Positions 28,889 to 38,959 of a stretch of DNA of 64,000 nt are shown here, in pieces. Origin of the DNA: Candidatus Aminicenantes bacterium JdFR-78. GTDB lineage: Bacteria > Acidobacteriota > Aminicenantia > JdFR-78. Where the stretch lies: NCBI GenBank assembly GCA_002010665.1, contig MTON01000032.1, positions 800 through 64,799 on the forward strand, in the 5' to 3' direction. Each line of letters begins with the position of its first letter. The first letter of the stretch is position 1. The translations under genes were made by a program, and so were the position numbers. A model generated the notes under the pieces. It did not search any database. It saw nothing but the letters and a program-made list of their open reading frames with translations, and was not told the DNA's origin.

Positions 28889-28961
28889 TGACCCGTGGAG
28901 GACTCGAACCTCCAACCCGCGGATTAAGAGTCCGCTGCTCTACCAGTTGAGCTAACGGGCC
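28889..28961 (-). tRNA. tRNA-Lys (anticodon CTT), 73 nt, CCA not encoded
   Basis: The reverse complement GGCCCGTTAGCTCAACTGGTAGAGCAGCGGACTCTTAATCCGCGGGTTGGAGGTTCGAGTCCTCCACGGGTCA folds as a cloverleaf with acceptor 7 bp including one G-U, anticodon loop CTCTTAA, and T-loop GGTTCGAGTCC. Confidence 0.85.
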
Positions 28962-29011
28962 AGCTCACTTTTTAAGTTTAAGAAAGTCCTCGTTTTTTGT
29001 CAATATTTAAA

Positions 29012-29788
29012 TTAATACGTTATTTGAAATAATTTTATGAAATTATTCAATATAATTTCAGAGAGCTCTTCTACATTAATTTCTTTTATTTCTGCAAGTT
29101 TTTTCAATGTTTCAATTACAAATGCAGGCTCATTTCTTTTTCCTCTATATGGAACAGGCGATAAATAAGGACAATCTGTTTCTATGAGTAATTTATCTAC
29201 TGGAAGATTTCTAATTACTTTTCTGAGATTCTCAGCTTTAGGAAAAGTAATTATTCCAGAGACTGAAATTAAAAAATTTAGATCAATCATCTTCCTTGCA
29301 ATTTCCTCACTTTCTGTAAAGCAATGGAGAATTCCTCCCTGAGAAAAATTTTTCTCTCTAATTATTTCATATATTTTTTCTCCAGCATTCCTGCTGTGAA
29401 TTATAATAGGGAATTTTAAATTCTCTGCAATTTCTATTTGGCATTCAAAAGCTTTAATTTGTTCTTTAGGGGAAGAAAAATTATAATGAAAATCGAGTCC
29501 TATTTCTCCAATTGCGAGTATTTTTTCATGTTTTACAAACTTAAGTATTTTTTTCTCAATTTCATTCGTGAATTTATTTGCCTGATGGGGATGTAAACCA
29601 AGTGTAAAATATATTTTTCCGTATTTTTCGCTTAGCTTTAAGGTTTTTTCAACACTGATTTCATCGGATAAGTCGCCAATTGTAACTATGTATTCGATTC
29701 CACTTTTAAAGGCTCTATTTATTACAGTATCAATATCAATTTCAAATTCTTTAGAATCTAGATGAGCATGGGAATCCACTATTTTCAT
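29012..29788 (-). CDS. tatD: TatD-family metal-dependent hydrolase
   Basis: The N-terminus is MKIVDSHAHLD, and His/Glu/Asp metal ligands are distributed as in TatD. Confidence 0.85.
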   Translation of the reverse strand: MKIVDSHAHLDSKEFEIDIDTVINRAFKSGIEYIVTIGDLSDEISVEKTLKLSEKYGKIYFTLGLHPHQANKFTNEIEKKILKFVKHEKILAIGEIGLDFHYNFSSPKEQIKAFECQIEIAENLKFPIIIHSRNAGEKIYEIIREKNFSQGGILHCFTESEEIARKMIDLNFLISVSGIITFPKAENLRKVIRNLPVDKLLIETDCPYLSPVPYRGKRNEPAFVIETLKKLAEIKEINVEELSEIILNNFIKLFQITY

Positions 29789-30001
29789 TTTTTATTTAGA
29801 TAAAATTTAATGAACTTAGATGAAGATTCAGTTTTTTTCTGGTTTAATAATTATTTTTATTTCACCTTCCTGAAATCCTTTGAGAGTCGAGAGCATTCCT
29901 TTAATTGTTTTTCTTATAATTTCTTCAACAAAAGGATTTAATGGAATTCTTTTTTCATCTATGTATATTTCCACTATTTCTTGTTCTTTATCCTTTTCCA
30001 T

Positions 30002-31777
30002 TTACTGTTCGTGAAGAATTAACTCCCTTAAATGTCTGATTGGAATTGAACCGTAGCTTATAAGTTTCTGTAAAAATTCTTTCTGATTATAGTTTTTACC
30101 TTTTATTTTTTTGTATTCTTTTTGAATTTCTGAAATCTCTTCTGAGCCAACAAAATAAGTGGAAAGTTGAGTTGATGTCAGACATGCTCTTCTCCATTTT
30201 CCTTCTGCCTCAGCAAGTTCCTGAAACGCGCCTCTTGTCATCAGTTTAATTGCCTGATCCTTTGTCATTCCACCAAGATGGACATTGAAATCGAGTAGGC
30301 AATTGACAACTGCTCTTAAGTAGAATTTAAGCTGGATTAACCTGAGCTTGCAATCCCAATTGCCATATCCTGATTCGATCATAATTCTTTCCGTGAAAAC
30401 TGCCCAGCCTTCAATAGTTGGTCCGCTTGGAAATACATTACGAACTATTGACGGATATTTATTTGAATAATAAAGTTGGACATAGTGTCCAGGAAGTGCT
30501 TCATGAATAGTAAGAATTTTAATCATGTAATTGTTATATTCTCTTAAAAAGGATTCAACCTGTTCATAGTCCCAGTCCTCTGGAATTGGAGATACTTGAT
30601 AGTAATATTTGCCTTCTGGCTCATATGGGCCAGGGGGTTCAAGCCCTGCTACTGCAATTCCCCTTGCATATTCAGGAGTCAACCTGAGATATAATCTATC
30701 AGGTTTTGGAAGGTCAATTATATCTTTTTCGATTATGAAATTTCTAATTTCTTCAACAGTTTTTTTTACATAATCAAAAAATCCCTCTTTAGTAGGATGT
30801 TCCTTGGAAATTACTTTTAGCACATCCCCAACTATTTTGTTTCTCTTTTGTTCATCAGTTAATCTTGCAAGTTCTTCCTCTTTTACCTCAGGATACATCA
30901 TTCTGAAAAGAGGAAGCGCTGCAATAGCCATTTCTCTTCTTACATTCTTATAGGCTGCCTGAGCTCTTGCAACAATATGTTCAAGAGGAATAGTGGACTG
31001 TAAAGTGTATCTTGCCTTCCTTTGGAAGAGAGCAGTTCCTAATCTAAATTCACCTGTAGAACGAGGTAATAATTCTTCCCGCAGAAATTTGTCGTAATCT
31101 TCAAGTGCTGCAACAACTTTATCAATCTGTGCCTGGAGCCGAGCTTTTGTAGCCTGGGAGACTCCTTCTGCTAATTTAGGTAAAGTATTTTTGAAATAGT
31201 TTATATTTCCTTGATTCTGGGTTATGGCAGTTTCTGTGAAAATCTGAGGAGGATTTTTAAGATTCTTTTTAGCCTGCTTGATCAAATCAGGAATTTTTTC
31301 CATTCTTGCAATTGCATTTTTTACCCTTTCCTCAAGAGGAGCAAAATCTCTGCTCATCAAGCTATTTATGGAACCGCCGATTATTCTATTGTATAAAAGT
31401 GGATTATTTTCCCAAGGCTTTAGATAATCATATTGCAATTTTTCATAATCTATTGCGTCAACGATTATTTCATAATCTATTGCTTTATCCTTGCTCAGTT
31501 TAAATTTATCTATTTTCGAAGCAAGTTCTTTAGAGAACTCGTCAAGCTCTCTGATTCTTTTCTTGATTCTTCCTTCGCTTAAATCCTCGAGTTTGTTATC
31601 ATATTTATGATAACCTGCAAAAGTGGCTGAAGTTGGTTTATATTGCCAGAGTTTATCAAGAAATTTAGCCACCCATTCGTCGAATTTCTGGTCTTCTTTG
31701 TTTGATTGAGAGAACCCCTGAAATATTAGGAGTATTATAAAAGAAAAAATAATAAATAGACCAATTTTCTTTTTCAT
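30002..31777 (-). CDS. DUF885-family secreted protein
   Basis: It has a signal peptide, and HEALPGHYVQ is typical of DUF885. Confidence 0.55.
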   Translation of the reverse strand: MKKKIGLFIIFSFIILLIFQGFSQSNKEDQKFDEWVAKFLDKLWQYKPTSATFAGYHKYDNKLEDLSEGRIKKRIRELDEFSKELASKIDKFKLSKDKAIDYEIIVDAIDYEKLQYDYLKPWENNPLLYNRIIGGSINSLMSRDFAPLEERVKNAIARMEKIPDLIKQAKKNLKNPPQIFTETAITQNQGNINYFKNTLPKLAEGVSQATKARLQAQIDKVVAALEDYDKFLREELLPRSTGEFRLGTALFQRKARYTLQSTIPLEHIVARAQAAYKNVRREMAIAALPLFRMMYPEVKEEELARLTDEQKRNKIVGDVLKVISKEHPTKEGFFDYVKKTVEEIRNFIIEKDIIDLPKPDRLYLRLTPEYARGIAVAGLEPPGPYEPEGKYYYQVSPIPEDWDYEQVESFLREYNNYMIKILTIHEALPGHYVQLYYSNKYPSIVRNVFPSGPTIEGWAVFTERIMIESGYGNWDCKLRLIQLKFYLRAVVNCLLDFNVHLGGMTKDQAIKLMTRGAFQELAEAEGKWRRACLTSTQLSTYFVGSEEISEIQKEYKKIKGKNYNQKEFLQKLISYGSIPIRHLRELILHEQ

Positions 31778-31926
31778 ATCAACCTCCTACCTTTAATTTG
31801 TTGATGACTGTTGATAGATGATTGTTTGTGATTGTTTGACATTATTTCTCTTAAAATTCTTTAAGTTTAAAATGCTAACACAAAAGAATTTTAATGTAAA
31901 TATTAAAACCTCGTTTAAATCCCTAT

Positions 31927-32934
31927 TCACATCTTTATTACAGCAGAGCCCCATGTATAACCAGAGCCAAAAGCAGTGAGCACCACAATATCATTTTTCT
32001 TTAATCTTCCACTTTTTATTGCTTCATCAAGAGCAATTGGAATAGAAGCCGCAGTTGTATTCCCGTATTTATCAATATTGCTCATCACTTTATCCATTGA
32101 TACACCTAAGGAGCGAGCAACCAGCTCAGTTATTCTGTAATTTGCTTGATGAGGAATTATTAAATCAACATCATCAATGGTAAGATTATTGTGTTTAAGA
32201 GCGATTTTTACAGCTTCAGGCATCCTGACAGTAGCATTTTTGAAAACAGATCTTCCATCCATTCTTGGGAAATAGCGTTTTTCTTCAATCATTTTATTGG
32301 AGAAAACCGGATTATCCTTCGGAGATGGCTTTTCCATCCACAAATCCTTTAAAAATCTTCCATCTGCAAAAAGATGAGTGGAGAGAATGCCTCTATCATT
32401 ATCTTCTTCATTAGGACCTACTATTACTGCTCCTGCTCCATCACCGAAGAGTACTGCCATGTCTCTCCCTTCTGTTGAGAAATTTAGATTTGACGATTGC
32501 ACTTCAGCTCCTACCACGAGTATTCTTTTATACATTCCAGTTTTTATGTATTGATCTGCTACTGAAAGGGCATATATGAAGCCTGTGCACTGGTTTCTTA
32601 CATCAAGAGCTCCAATTCCAGCAAGACCAAGTTTTGCTTGTAAAATTACACCAACTCCTGGAAAATAATGGTCAGGAGAAAGGGTGGCAAGTATAATAAA
32701 GTCAATTTCTGATTTATCAATTCCAGCATCTTCTATTGCTCTTATAGAAGCCTCATAGGCAAGGTCAGAACTTCCGATCCCTGGTTCTACAAAATGTCTT
32801 TCCCTTATTCCTGTTCTTTGAACAATCCATTCATTAGAGGTGTCCATCATTTTTTCAAGGTCAAAATTTGTTACCACCTTAGGGGGTACATAATGACCTG
32901 TTCCCAGAATTACAGTTCTTTTCATCTTATTCAT
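31927..32934 (-). CDS. fabH: 3-oxoacyl-ACP synthase III
   Basis: Contains VILGTGHYVPPKVVTNFDLEKMMDTSNEWIVQRTGIRERH, the active-site Cys region ...RNQCTGF..., and the C-terminal GSGYTWGS. Confidence 0.9.
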   Translation of the reverse strand: MNKMKRTVILGTGHYVPPKVVTNFDLEKMMDTSNEWIVQRTGIRERHFVEPGIGSSDLAYEASIRAIEDAGIDKSEIDFIILATLSPDHYFPGVGVILQAKLGLAGIGALDVRNQCTGFIYALSVADQYIKTGMYKRILVVGAEVQSSNLNFSTEGRDMAVLFGDGAGAVIVGPNEEDNDRGILSTHLFADGRFLKDLWMEKPSPKDNPVFSNKMIEEKRYFPRMDGRSVFKNATVRMPEAVKIALKHNNLTIDDVDLIIPHQANYRITELVARSLGVSMDKVMSNIDKYGNTTAASIPIALDEAIKSGRLKKNDIVVLTAFGSGYTWGSAVIKM

Positions 32935-33011
32935 GATTTAAAAATATTAGCATATTTTGTAATTATTGCAAATTATTTACTTTTGATTTTTCATTAGTTA
33001 ATATAAAGACA

Positions 33012-34034
33012 ATGTCAGAATTAAGATTTGATCAAATTCGTAAGAGGTGGGTAATTATTGCTCCTGAGAGGAGGAAACGTCCTTTTGCTATATGTAGAAT
33101 AGATGAATCAGAAGAAGGGGAGTGCCCTTTTTGTGAAGGAAAGGAAAATCTTACGCCTCCAGAGACCTTTGCTATTGGTTTTTCAGGAAGAAAACCAGAT
33201 ACTCCAGGCTGGAGAGTAAGGGTAGTGCCAAATAAATTCCCAGCATTAAAGTCAGATATAAACTTAACTAAATTACATGAAAGTGATTATTTTTTATCAC
33301 TCAATGGGTTCGGATACCATGAGGTAATAATTGAAACACCTGTACACAATTACCCACTTTGGGAAAGGAAAATTGATGAAATTATGGATATGTTCGTGGC
33401 AATAAATGAAAGAATTAAATTTTTCTATAAAGATAGAAAAATAAAGTATGTTCTCCTCTTTGGTAATTATGGGAAAGCAGCAGGAGCTTCCTTATCTCAT
33501 CCACATTCTCAGATTGTTGCTCTACCAACAATCCCAGAAATACCAAAAAATGAGATGGATTCAAGTAGAAAATACTATATAAAAAATAAAAGATGTCTCA
33601 TATGTAATATTCTTAAAGAAGAAATAGAATCAGGGGCCAGAATAGTGGAAAGGAGGAATGGTTTCATAATATGGGAACCATTTGCATCTTCTTTTCCCTT
33701 TGAAACATGGATTATTCCTGAAAATCATGAATGTGATTTTTCAAATCTCAATAATATAGAATTTGAAAAGATGGCGTTTATTTTAAAAGATGCTCTTTTA
33801 AGAATAAATAAATTTCTTAAAAGTCCCCCATTTAATCTGGTACTCCACACATCTTGCAATTTAAATTATATCAATAAGAAAGAAAGGGATATTATTAAAA
33901 AAAGTTATCACTGGCATTTGGAGATTATTTCAAGAATGACACAGGCTGCAGGATTCGAATGGGGAACGGGTATCAATATAAATCCCATTCCTCCAGAAGA
34001 AGCTGCTGAATGTTTAAGGGAAGTAAAATTATAA
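33012..34034 (+). CDS. galT: galactose-1-phosphate uridylyltransferase (HIT family)
   Basis: The zinc motif CPFCEG and the HPHSQ nucleotidyl-His motif are present. Confidence 0.8.
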   Translation: MSELRFDQIRKRWVIIAPERRKRPFAICRIDESEEGECPFCEGKENLTPPETFAIGFSGRKPDTPGWRVRVVPNKFPALKSDINLTKLHESDYFLSLNGFGYHEVIIETPVHNYPLWERKIDEIMDMFVAINERIKFFYKDRKIKYVLLFGNYGKAAGASLSHPHSQIVALPTIPEIPKNEMDSSRKYYIKNKRCLICNILKEEIESGARIVERRNGFIIWEPFASSFPFETWIIPENHECDFSNLNNIEFEKMAFILKDALLRINKFLKSPPFNLVLHTSCNLNYINKKERDIIKKSYHWHLEIISRMTQAAGFEWGTGININPIPPEEAAECLREVKL

Positions 34035-34035
34035 A

Positions 34036-34596
34036 TTAATCAGGTAACATATGTTTTAATGTTTTCGCATCAGTTGTTATATACATATCGCTTCCAAGAT
34101 AAAGAAGGGGCTTTACCTTTTTGGTGTTAAGCACACCATTTTCTTTAAAAGCTTCTTCATCGTGATGGACTGCTACAACTTCGCCTACAAAAAGGTCGTG
34201 GTCTCCATAGGTTCTTATCTCAATTAATTTGCATTCAAGCGCAACATAGGAATCTTCAAGAATAGGGGAAGAAATCACTTTAGATGGTAGTAGATTTATT
34301 TTGAATGCTTTTATTTTGTCAATTTCCTTTCCTGTTTTTCTTCCCATCTGGGCTGAAATCTTTACCTTATTAAATGGCAAAAAGTTTGCTGTGAATTCCT
34401 TTGCATTACTTATAATATAATGCGAAAATCTTTTCTTAGATATTAAAACACCGAACAGAGGAGGTGAAAAAGATAAAGGAGTGTGCCATGCAGCAGACAT
34501 AAAATTTATTTTTTCTCCAAATTTAGCCCCAACAATTGCAACTGTATATGGATAAAAATATTGGAAATGTTCGAATTTTGTCAAAATCTTTTTCAT
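34036..34596 (-). CDS. flavin reductase-like (FMN-binding split-barrel) protein
   Basis: The pattern ...PYTVAIVGAKFGEKINFMSAAWHTPLSFSPPLFGV... matches the flavin reductase domain. Confidence 0.55.
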   Translation of the reverse strand: MKKILTKFEHFQYFYPYTVAIVGAKFGEKINFMSAAWHTPLSFSPPLFGVLISKKRFSHYIISNAKEFTANFLPFNKVKISAQMGRKTGKEIDKIKAFKINLLPSKVISSPILEDSYVALECKLIEIRTYGDHDLFVGEVVAVHHDEEAFKENGVLNTKKVKPLLYLGSDMYITTDAKTLKHMLPD

Positions 34597-34620
34597 CTAC
34601 TCCTCCTTACATAGAATTTT

Positions 34621-35772
34621 TTAATAATGGAGAAATGCTCCTACTCCTCCATATTTTGCTAATTTTTTAGCAGGTATCCCCTCTACTGGAGTAATATTTG
34701 TGTTATTCTCCAACGCCATATCAATCATTTTCTCAATTAAATAAGGTTCCTCTCTAATATTGTTTTCACCTTCTGGTGGGTTTAGTACATAATATCCGTC
34801 TGGCCGTATATAACCCTTTATCTCGAGGTCTTGACAGAAATAGAGATGAGCAACCCTTCCCTCAGATAATAAGTTTATACACTCTATTGGTCCAAGACAT
34901 GCTCTTCCTCCAGACAGCGCACTGCTAATTAAGAAATCTACTTCTTTTTCTTCAACTTCTTGTTCCCATTTAGATATTAAATCTGTCACTGCTTCAGCTA
35001 ACTCAACAGGAGATTTCTTTATAAGAATCTGGTCAAGAGATCCAATAATTTTTTTCTGCCAGGATGGTTCAATTACATTTTTAATAGTTTCTATATATTC
35101 ATTTTCTCCTGAAAGGATGATATATTTCCATCTGTATTTCTTTGCATAATTCGGGATTTTTCCTGCAATATCCCTTAAAAATTTATCAATCTGTTCATTA
35201 AGCCGATGACGAAATAGATCCGTATGCGTACTGGTTTGCTGAGCCATAGCTGAGATAGAAGGAGCAGGGCCTGCGTATCTTCTCCAGCTTGTCTTATCAA
35301 TTGCTATTTCCTCAATGAATTCCTCATTGATAAACCCCTGTCTCCAGGTGAGAAATTTAATTTTCTCTGATGTTATCAGTAAAATCCCGGTATCTGGATT
35401 CTTTTCAAGGAGACCAACGAGTGGTCTTAGAAAGGGTTTTTTCTGCCATACGAATTTTGTAATCAATGGGATTTGAAAGCTTTTTTGCCATTTCAATTCC
35501 GGATTTTTTGATAGAAAAAATACAATGCTTTTCTTTAGTTCTTGTAAAGGAATTAAAGAAAAAGTCTCCTTGGCATCTTCAATTAAATCCACAAGATTTT
35601 TGTCATCAGGGTATTTTTTATATAATTCATTTAATCCAGATTTTAATTCAATTTTTACACTTCTTTCCCTTCCCCTGCCTTTCGAAGGTATATTAAGATA
35701 AATGCTCAGAACCCCTGTCTGTGAGTTGAATTTGTGAAGCTCTATTAATTCTTTTTTTGAAAAATAAGACAT
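34621..35772 (-). CDS. eRF1/Pelota-like (domain 3-containing) protein lacking a GGQ motif; bacterial eRF1-homolog family
   Basis: The C-terminus SGGRACLGPIECINLLSEGRVAHLYFCQDL...VEGIPAKKLAKYGGVGAFLHY matches the eRF1/Pelota domain-3 signature (GGigAiLRY-type end). The central region has GPAPSISAMAQQ where eRF1 has GRGGQS. Confidence 0.5.
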   Translation of the reverse strand: MSYFSKKELIELHKFNSQTGVLSIYLNIPSKGRGRERSVKIELKSGLNELYKKYPDDKNLVDLIEDAKETFSLIPLQELKKSIVFFLSKNPELKWQKSFQIPLITKFVWQKKPFLRPLVGLLEKNPDTGILLITSEKIKFLTWRQGFINEEFIEEIAIDKTSWRRYAGPAPSISAMAQQTSTHTDLFRHRLNEQIDKFLRDIAGKIPNYAKKYRWKYIILSGENEYIETIKNVIEPSWQKKIIGSLDQILIKKSPVELAEAVTDLISKWEQEVEEKEVDFLISSALSGGRACLGPIECINLLSEGRVAHLYFCQDLEIKGYIRPDGYYVLNPPEGENNIREEPYLIEKMIDMALENNTNITPVEGIPAKKLAKYGGVGAFLHY

Positions 35773-35862
35773 TTTACCCCCTAATTTGGAATAAGAAATG
35801 TTTGAATTTTCACTCTTTTAATAATACAGGAAAATAAAAATTAGTCAATATGTAATAAAAAA

Positions 35863-37017
35863 TCATAGGAATAATAAAGATTTTTTGAGAATCTCAGAAG
35901 CTTTTTCCATCATATGAGGAGGAAGATTTCCGAAACTCAGCCGTAAATAAGCTTTCTCTCGCATCCCAAATGGTTCGCCCGGCACTGTGGCTAATCCATA
36001 TCTATCAATTAGAATTTTAGCAATTTCCCACCCACTTCGTTTTTCTTTTCTGAATTTTATAAAAATATAAAATCCTCCCTCATTTTTTGGAAAATCTATA
36101 ACACCTCTTTCCACAGCGGGCAGTAAATTCTGTATCAAAATATCTCTTGATTTTTTTATGTCTGATAAGAATTGGAAAGGATAGTCTTTGAAATTAAGCA
36201 TAACTTCCTCAGCTAAAATTTGGGAAGGAACAGGAGGACAGACATGGAGGGTATCAGCTACTTTAATTATATGTTGAACTAAGAAATTTGGCACTTTCAT
36301 CCAACCTAAACGCCATCCTGACATTCCATAAGATTTTGAAAAAGACCATAATCCGATTGTAAGAGTATCATCAAATGTAAGAGGAGAAAAATGCTTTTTC
36401 TCCCACACAAAATGAAAATATGGCTCATCAGATATTATATAGATTCCATATCGATATGCGATTTCTAAAAGTTCACTTAATATTGAAAAATCAATCATTG
36501 CCCCAGTGGGGTTTGAAGGAGAAACTAAAATGATTGCTTTTGTTTTATTTGAAATTTTACTTCTTAGAACATCAGGATCAATGTGATAATTGTCATCTGT
36601 TTCCACGATTACTGGTTTTAATCCAAGAATCTGAACAGCCATCAAATGATTGAAATAATAAGGTCTGAATAGAATGATTTCATCACCTTTATCAGATATT
36701 GTTGCAAGAGCAAGAAAGGCAGCCTGATTTGCACCAGGAGTTATTATAATATTTTCAGGTAATGAGCCCTTTATATTTAGACTCTTTAAAAAATTTGAAA
36801 GTAGAAACCTTAATTTATAATTTCCTTCATCTGGGCCATATTTATGTCCTTCTCCTTTTTGAATTCTTTCAACAGCTTTTCTCAAGGCTTGAGGGGGTGG
36901 ACCAAACCACGGTAATCCCTGAGCAAGGGAAATTATATTCTTTTTATTTTTGCAATACGATTTAATTTTTTGGATTGGAGCGTCCATAATTTTATTAATT
37001 GTATTTGAAATAATCAT
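35863..37017 (-). CDS. class I/II pyridoxal-phosphate-dependent aminotransferase
   Basis: Sequence includes ...ISLAQGLPWFGPPP..., and a PLP-Lys region (SFSKSYGMSGWRLGW) is present. Confidence 0.75.
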   Translation of the reverse strand: MIISNTINKIMDAPIQKIKSYCKNKKNIISLAQGLPWFGPPPQALRKAVERIQKGEGHKYGPDEGNYKLRFLLSNFLKSLNIKGSLPENIIITPGANQAAFLALATISDKGDEIILFRPYYFNHLMAVQILGLKPVIVETDDNYHIDPDVLRSKISNKTKAIILVSPSNPTGAMIDFSILSELLEIAYRYGIYIISDEPYFHFVWEKKHFSPLTFDDTLTIGLWSFSKSYGMSGWRLGWMKVPNFLVQHIIKVADTLHVCPPVPSQILAEEVMLNFKDYPFQFLSDIKKSRDILIQNLLPAVERGVIDFPKNEGGFYIFIKFRKEKRSGWEIAKILIDRYGLATVPGEPFGMREKAYLRLSFGNLPPHMMEKASEILKKSLLFL

Positions 37018-37147
37018 CTTTATTTCAACTATCCATTATAAAAACTAAATTGTTGAAAAGTAAAGCCCTATTTGTTGAAATACACGCTTCTTTTCTTGAC
37101 AGTAAGTCAGATTTGATATATCCTGAAAAATCGAGAAGGGAAATAAT

Positions 37148-38956
37148 ATGAGAAAAATTTCAATTCTTTTTTTCCTTTTATTAATCACCTTTTATACTGG
37201 TCTTAATGCTTCACCCCCCCAAATAATGAATTTAAGTGAAATAAAACCTGGCATGATTGGCAAAGGGAAAACAGTACTAAAGGGTAACAAAATAGAAGAA
37301 TTTGAAGTGGAAATAATTGGAGTTTTAAGAAATTTCGCTCCTAATAAGAATTTAATTCTGGGGAGAATTAAAGGCCCTTTCTTTGAAAAAACAGGTGTTA
37401 TCGCGGGAATGAGTGGTAGTCCAATCTATGTAAATGATAAAATTATTGGAGCGATTGCCTATCATTTTCCCTTTTCCAAAGAGGCAGTTGCTGGAATAAC
37501 TCCAATTGAAGAAATGATAGAGATTTCGAAAAAGAAGACATCAAAGACCTTGCCCTCACTTGGTTATTTGCCTGTACAAGATATGATAACTGCAGGAAAT
37601 TTTAAAAAAATTCTTAATAATTTATTTCTAAAAAAAGCAAAGACTTTTTATAGCAATAGCATAGTAACTCCTGCAATTATTCCTTTAGTTTTTAGTGGTT
37701 TCTCACCGCAAGTGGTTGAAAAACATAGAAATCTCTTTAAGAATCTGGGATTAGAGCCCATAATGGGTGGAAGTGTTCAAAGAAAACCCTCCATAAGAAG
37801 ATTTTCTCTTGAGGATATAAAACTTAGAGAGGGAGAACCTGTAGCTATTCAACTTATAACAGGTGACCTTGAAGTAAGCGGTGTTGGAACTGTAACCTAT
37901 GTAGATGGTTCTCGTGTTTTAGCCTTTGGACATCCCTTTTTTAATCTTGGAACAGTAGAATATCTTATGAGCAAGGCTGAAGTTTTGACAGTGGTGCCGA
38001 GTTTAGAGTCTTCCTTTAAACTTGCTAATACAGGAGATATTGTTGGTAAATTCACTCAGGATAGATTTTCAGGTTTATTGGGAGAAATTGGTAAAATGCC
38101 ATATCTGGTCCCTCTGAATATTGAGATTAAAAATGCAGGAAAAAGTTCGAAGAGTTTTCATTTGAAATTCATAAATGATAAAATCCTAACCCCTACCTTT
38201 ATATACATAGCATTACAGAATTTAGTCGTAGATGTAGGAAGATCGATTGGGAACTTATCTCTTGCTTTTAATGGAGATATTTATCTCGATAATGGAAAGA
38301 GTGTTCATTTAGAGGATCTCTTCTCAGGAAGTTTGGATTCATCTGCAGAAGAGTTTTCTAATCTGATTGCAGCAGTTGTTTATTATCTTGTAAATAATCA
38401 ATTCAAAGAAGTTAAGATTCATAAAATAGATATAAAGGCTTCATGCGAAGAAGATTTGAATGTAGGTTATCTTGAAAAGGTATTTATTGATAAGTTTGAA
38501 GCAAGGCCTGGTGATATTCTGAGTATAAAAATTTATACACGGACCTCAAAGGGAAAATTAGTTGAGAATAGGGTAAACCTGCAGGTTCCCTACTTGCCAC
38601 CTGGTACTGAATTCAATATTTTGATAGGAGATTCTCGTTCAATTTTTCAGATAGAATCAGCACAATATCGCAAAAGATATTTTATGCCAAGGAGCTTAGA
38701 TCAGCTAATTCGATTATTAAATAATTTAAGGAAAAATAACAGGATATATTTTAAACTGTTTACTTCAAAAAAAGGCATTTTTTTAAATGGAGAAGAAATG
38801 CCAAATCTTCCCCCATTAATTCAAAGAATGCTTCTTTCTCCTCGGGCATCCTCTTCACCTTCCATAACTTCCTTTTCTACGATAAAAGAATACCAATTAC
38901 CAGTTCCTTTTGTTTTTAATGGCTCAACCATTATTCCCATAAAAGTAAAGGAGTAA
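37148..38956 (+). CDS. secreted protein with SpoIVB/S55-like serine peptidase motifs
   Basis: It has a signal peptide. GVIAGMSGSPIYVNDKIIGAIAYHF resembles the SpoIVB Ser region, and GTVTYVDGSRVLAFGHPFF resembles the His region. Confidence 0.45.
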   Translation: MRKISILFFLLLITFYTGLNASPPQIMNLSEIKPGMIGKGKTVLKGNKIEEFEVEIIGVLRNFAPNKNLILGRIKGPFFEKTGVIAGMSGSPIYVNDKIIGAIAYHFPFSKEAVAGITPIEEMIEISKKKTSKTLPSLGYLPVQDMITAGNFKKILNNLFLKKAKTFYSNSIVTPAIIPLVFSGFSPQVVEKHRNLFKNLGLEPIMGGSVQRKPSIRRFSLEDIKLREGEPVAIQLITGDLEVSGVGTVTYVDGSRVLAFGHPFFNLGTVEYLMSKAEVLTVVPSLESSFKLANTGDIVGKFTQDRFSGLLGEIGKMPYLVPLNIEIKNAGKSSKSFHLKFINDKILTPTFIYIALQNLVVDVGRSIGNLSLAFNGDIYLDNGKSVHLEDLFSGSLDSSAEEFSNLIAAVVYYLVNNQFKEVKIHKIDIKASCEEDLNVGYLEKVFIDKFEARPGDILSIKIYTRTSKGKLVENRVNLQVPYLPPGTEFNILIGDSRSIFQIESAQYRKRYFMPRSLDQLIRLLNNLRKNNRIYFKLFTSKKGIFLNGEEMPNLPPLIQRMLLSPRASSSPSITSFSTIKEYQLPVPFVFNGSTIIPIKVKE

Positions 38957-38959
38957 AAT

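Noticed and set aside
29789-30001. Apparent small minus-strand ORF directly downstream of the DUF885 stop (initially read as ~58 aa).
   Set aside because: On careful re-reading the frame hits TGA after 25 codons (MEKDKEQEIVEIYIDEKRIPFKSFC*). It is too short and unsupported, and it is not in the ORF track.
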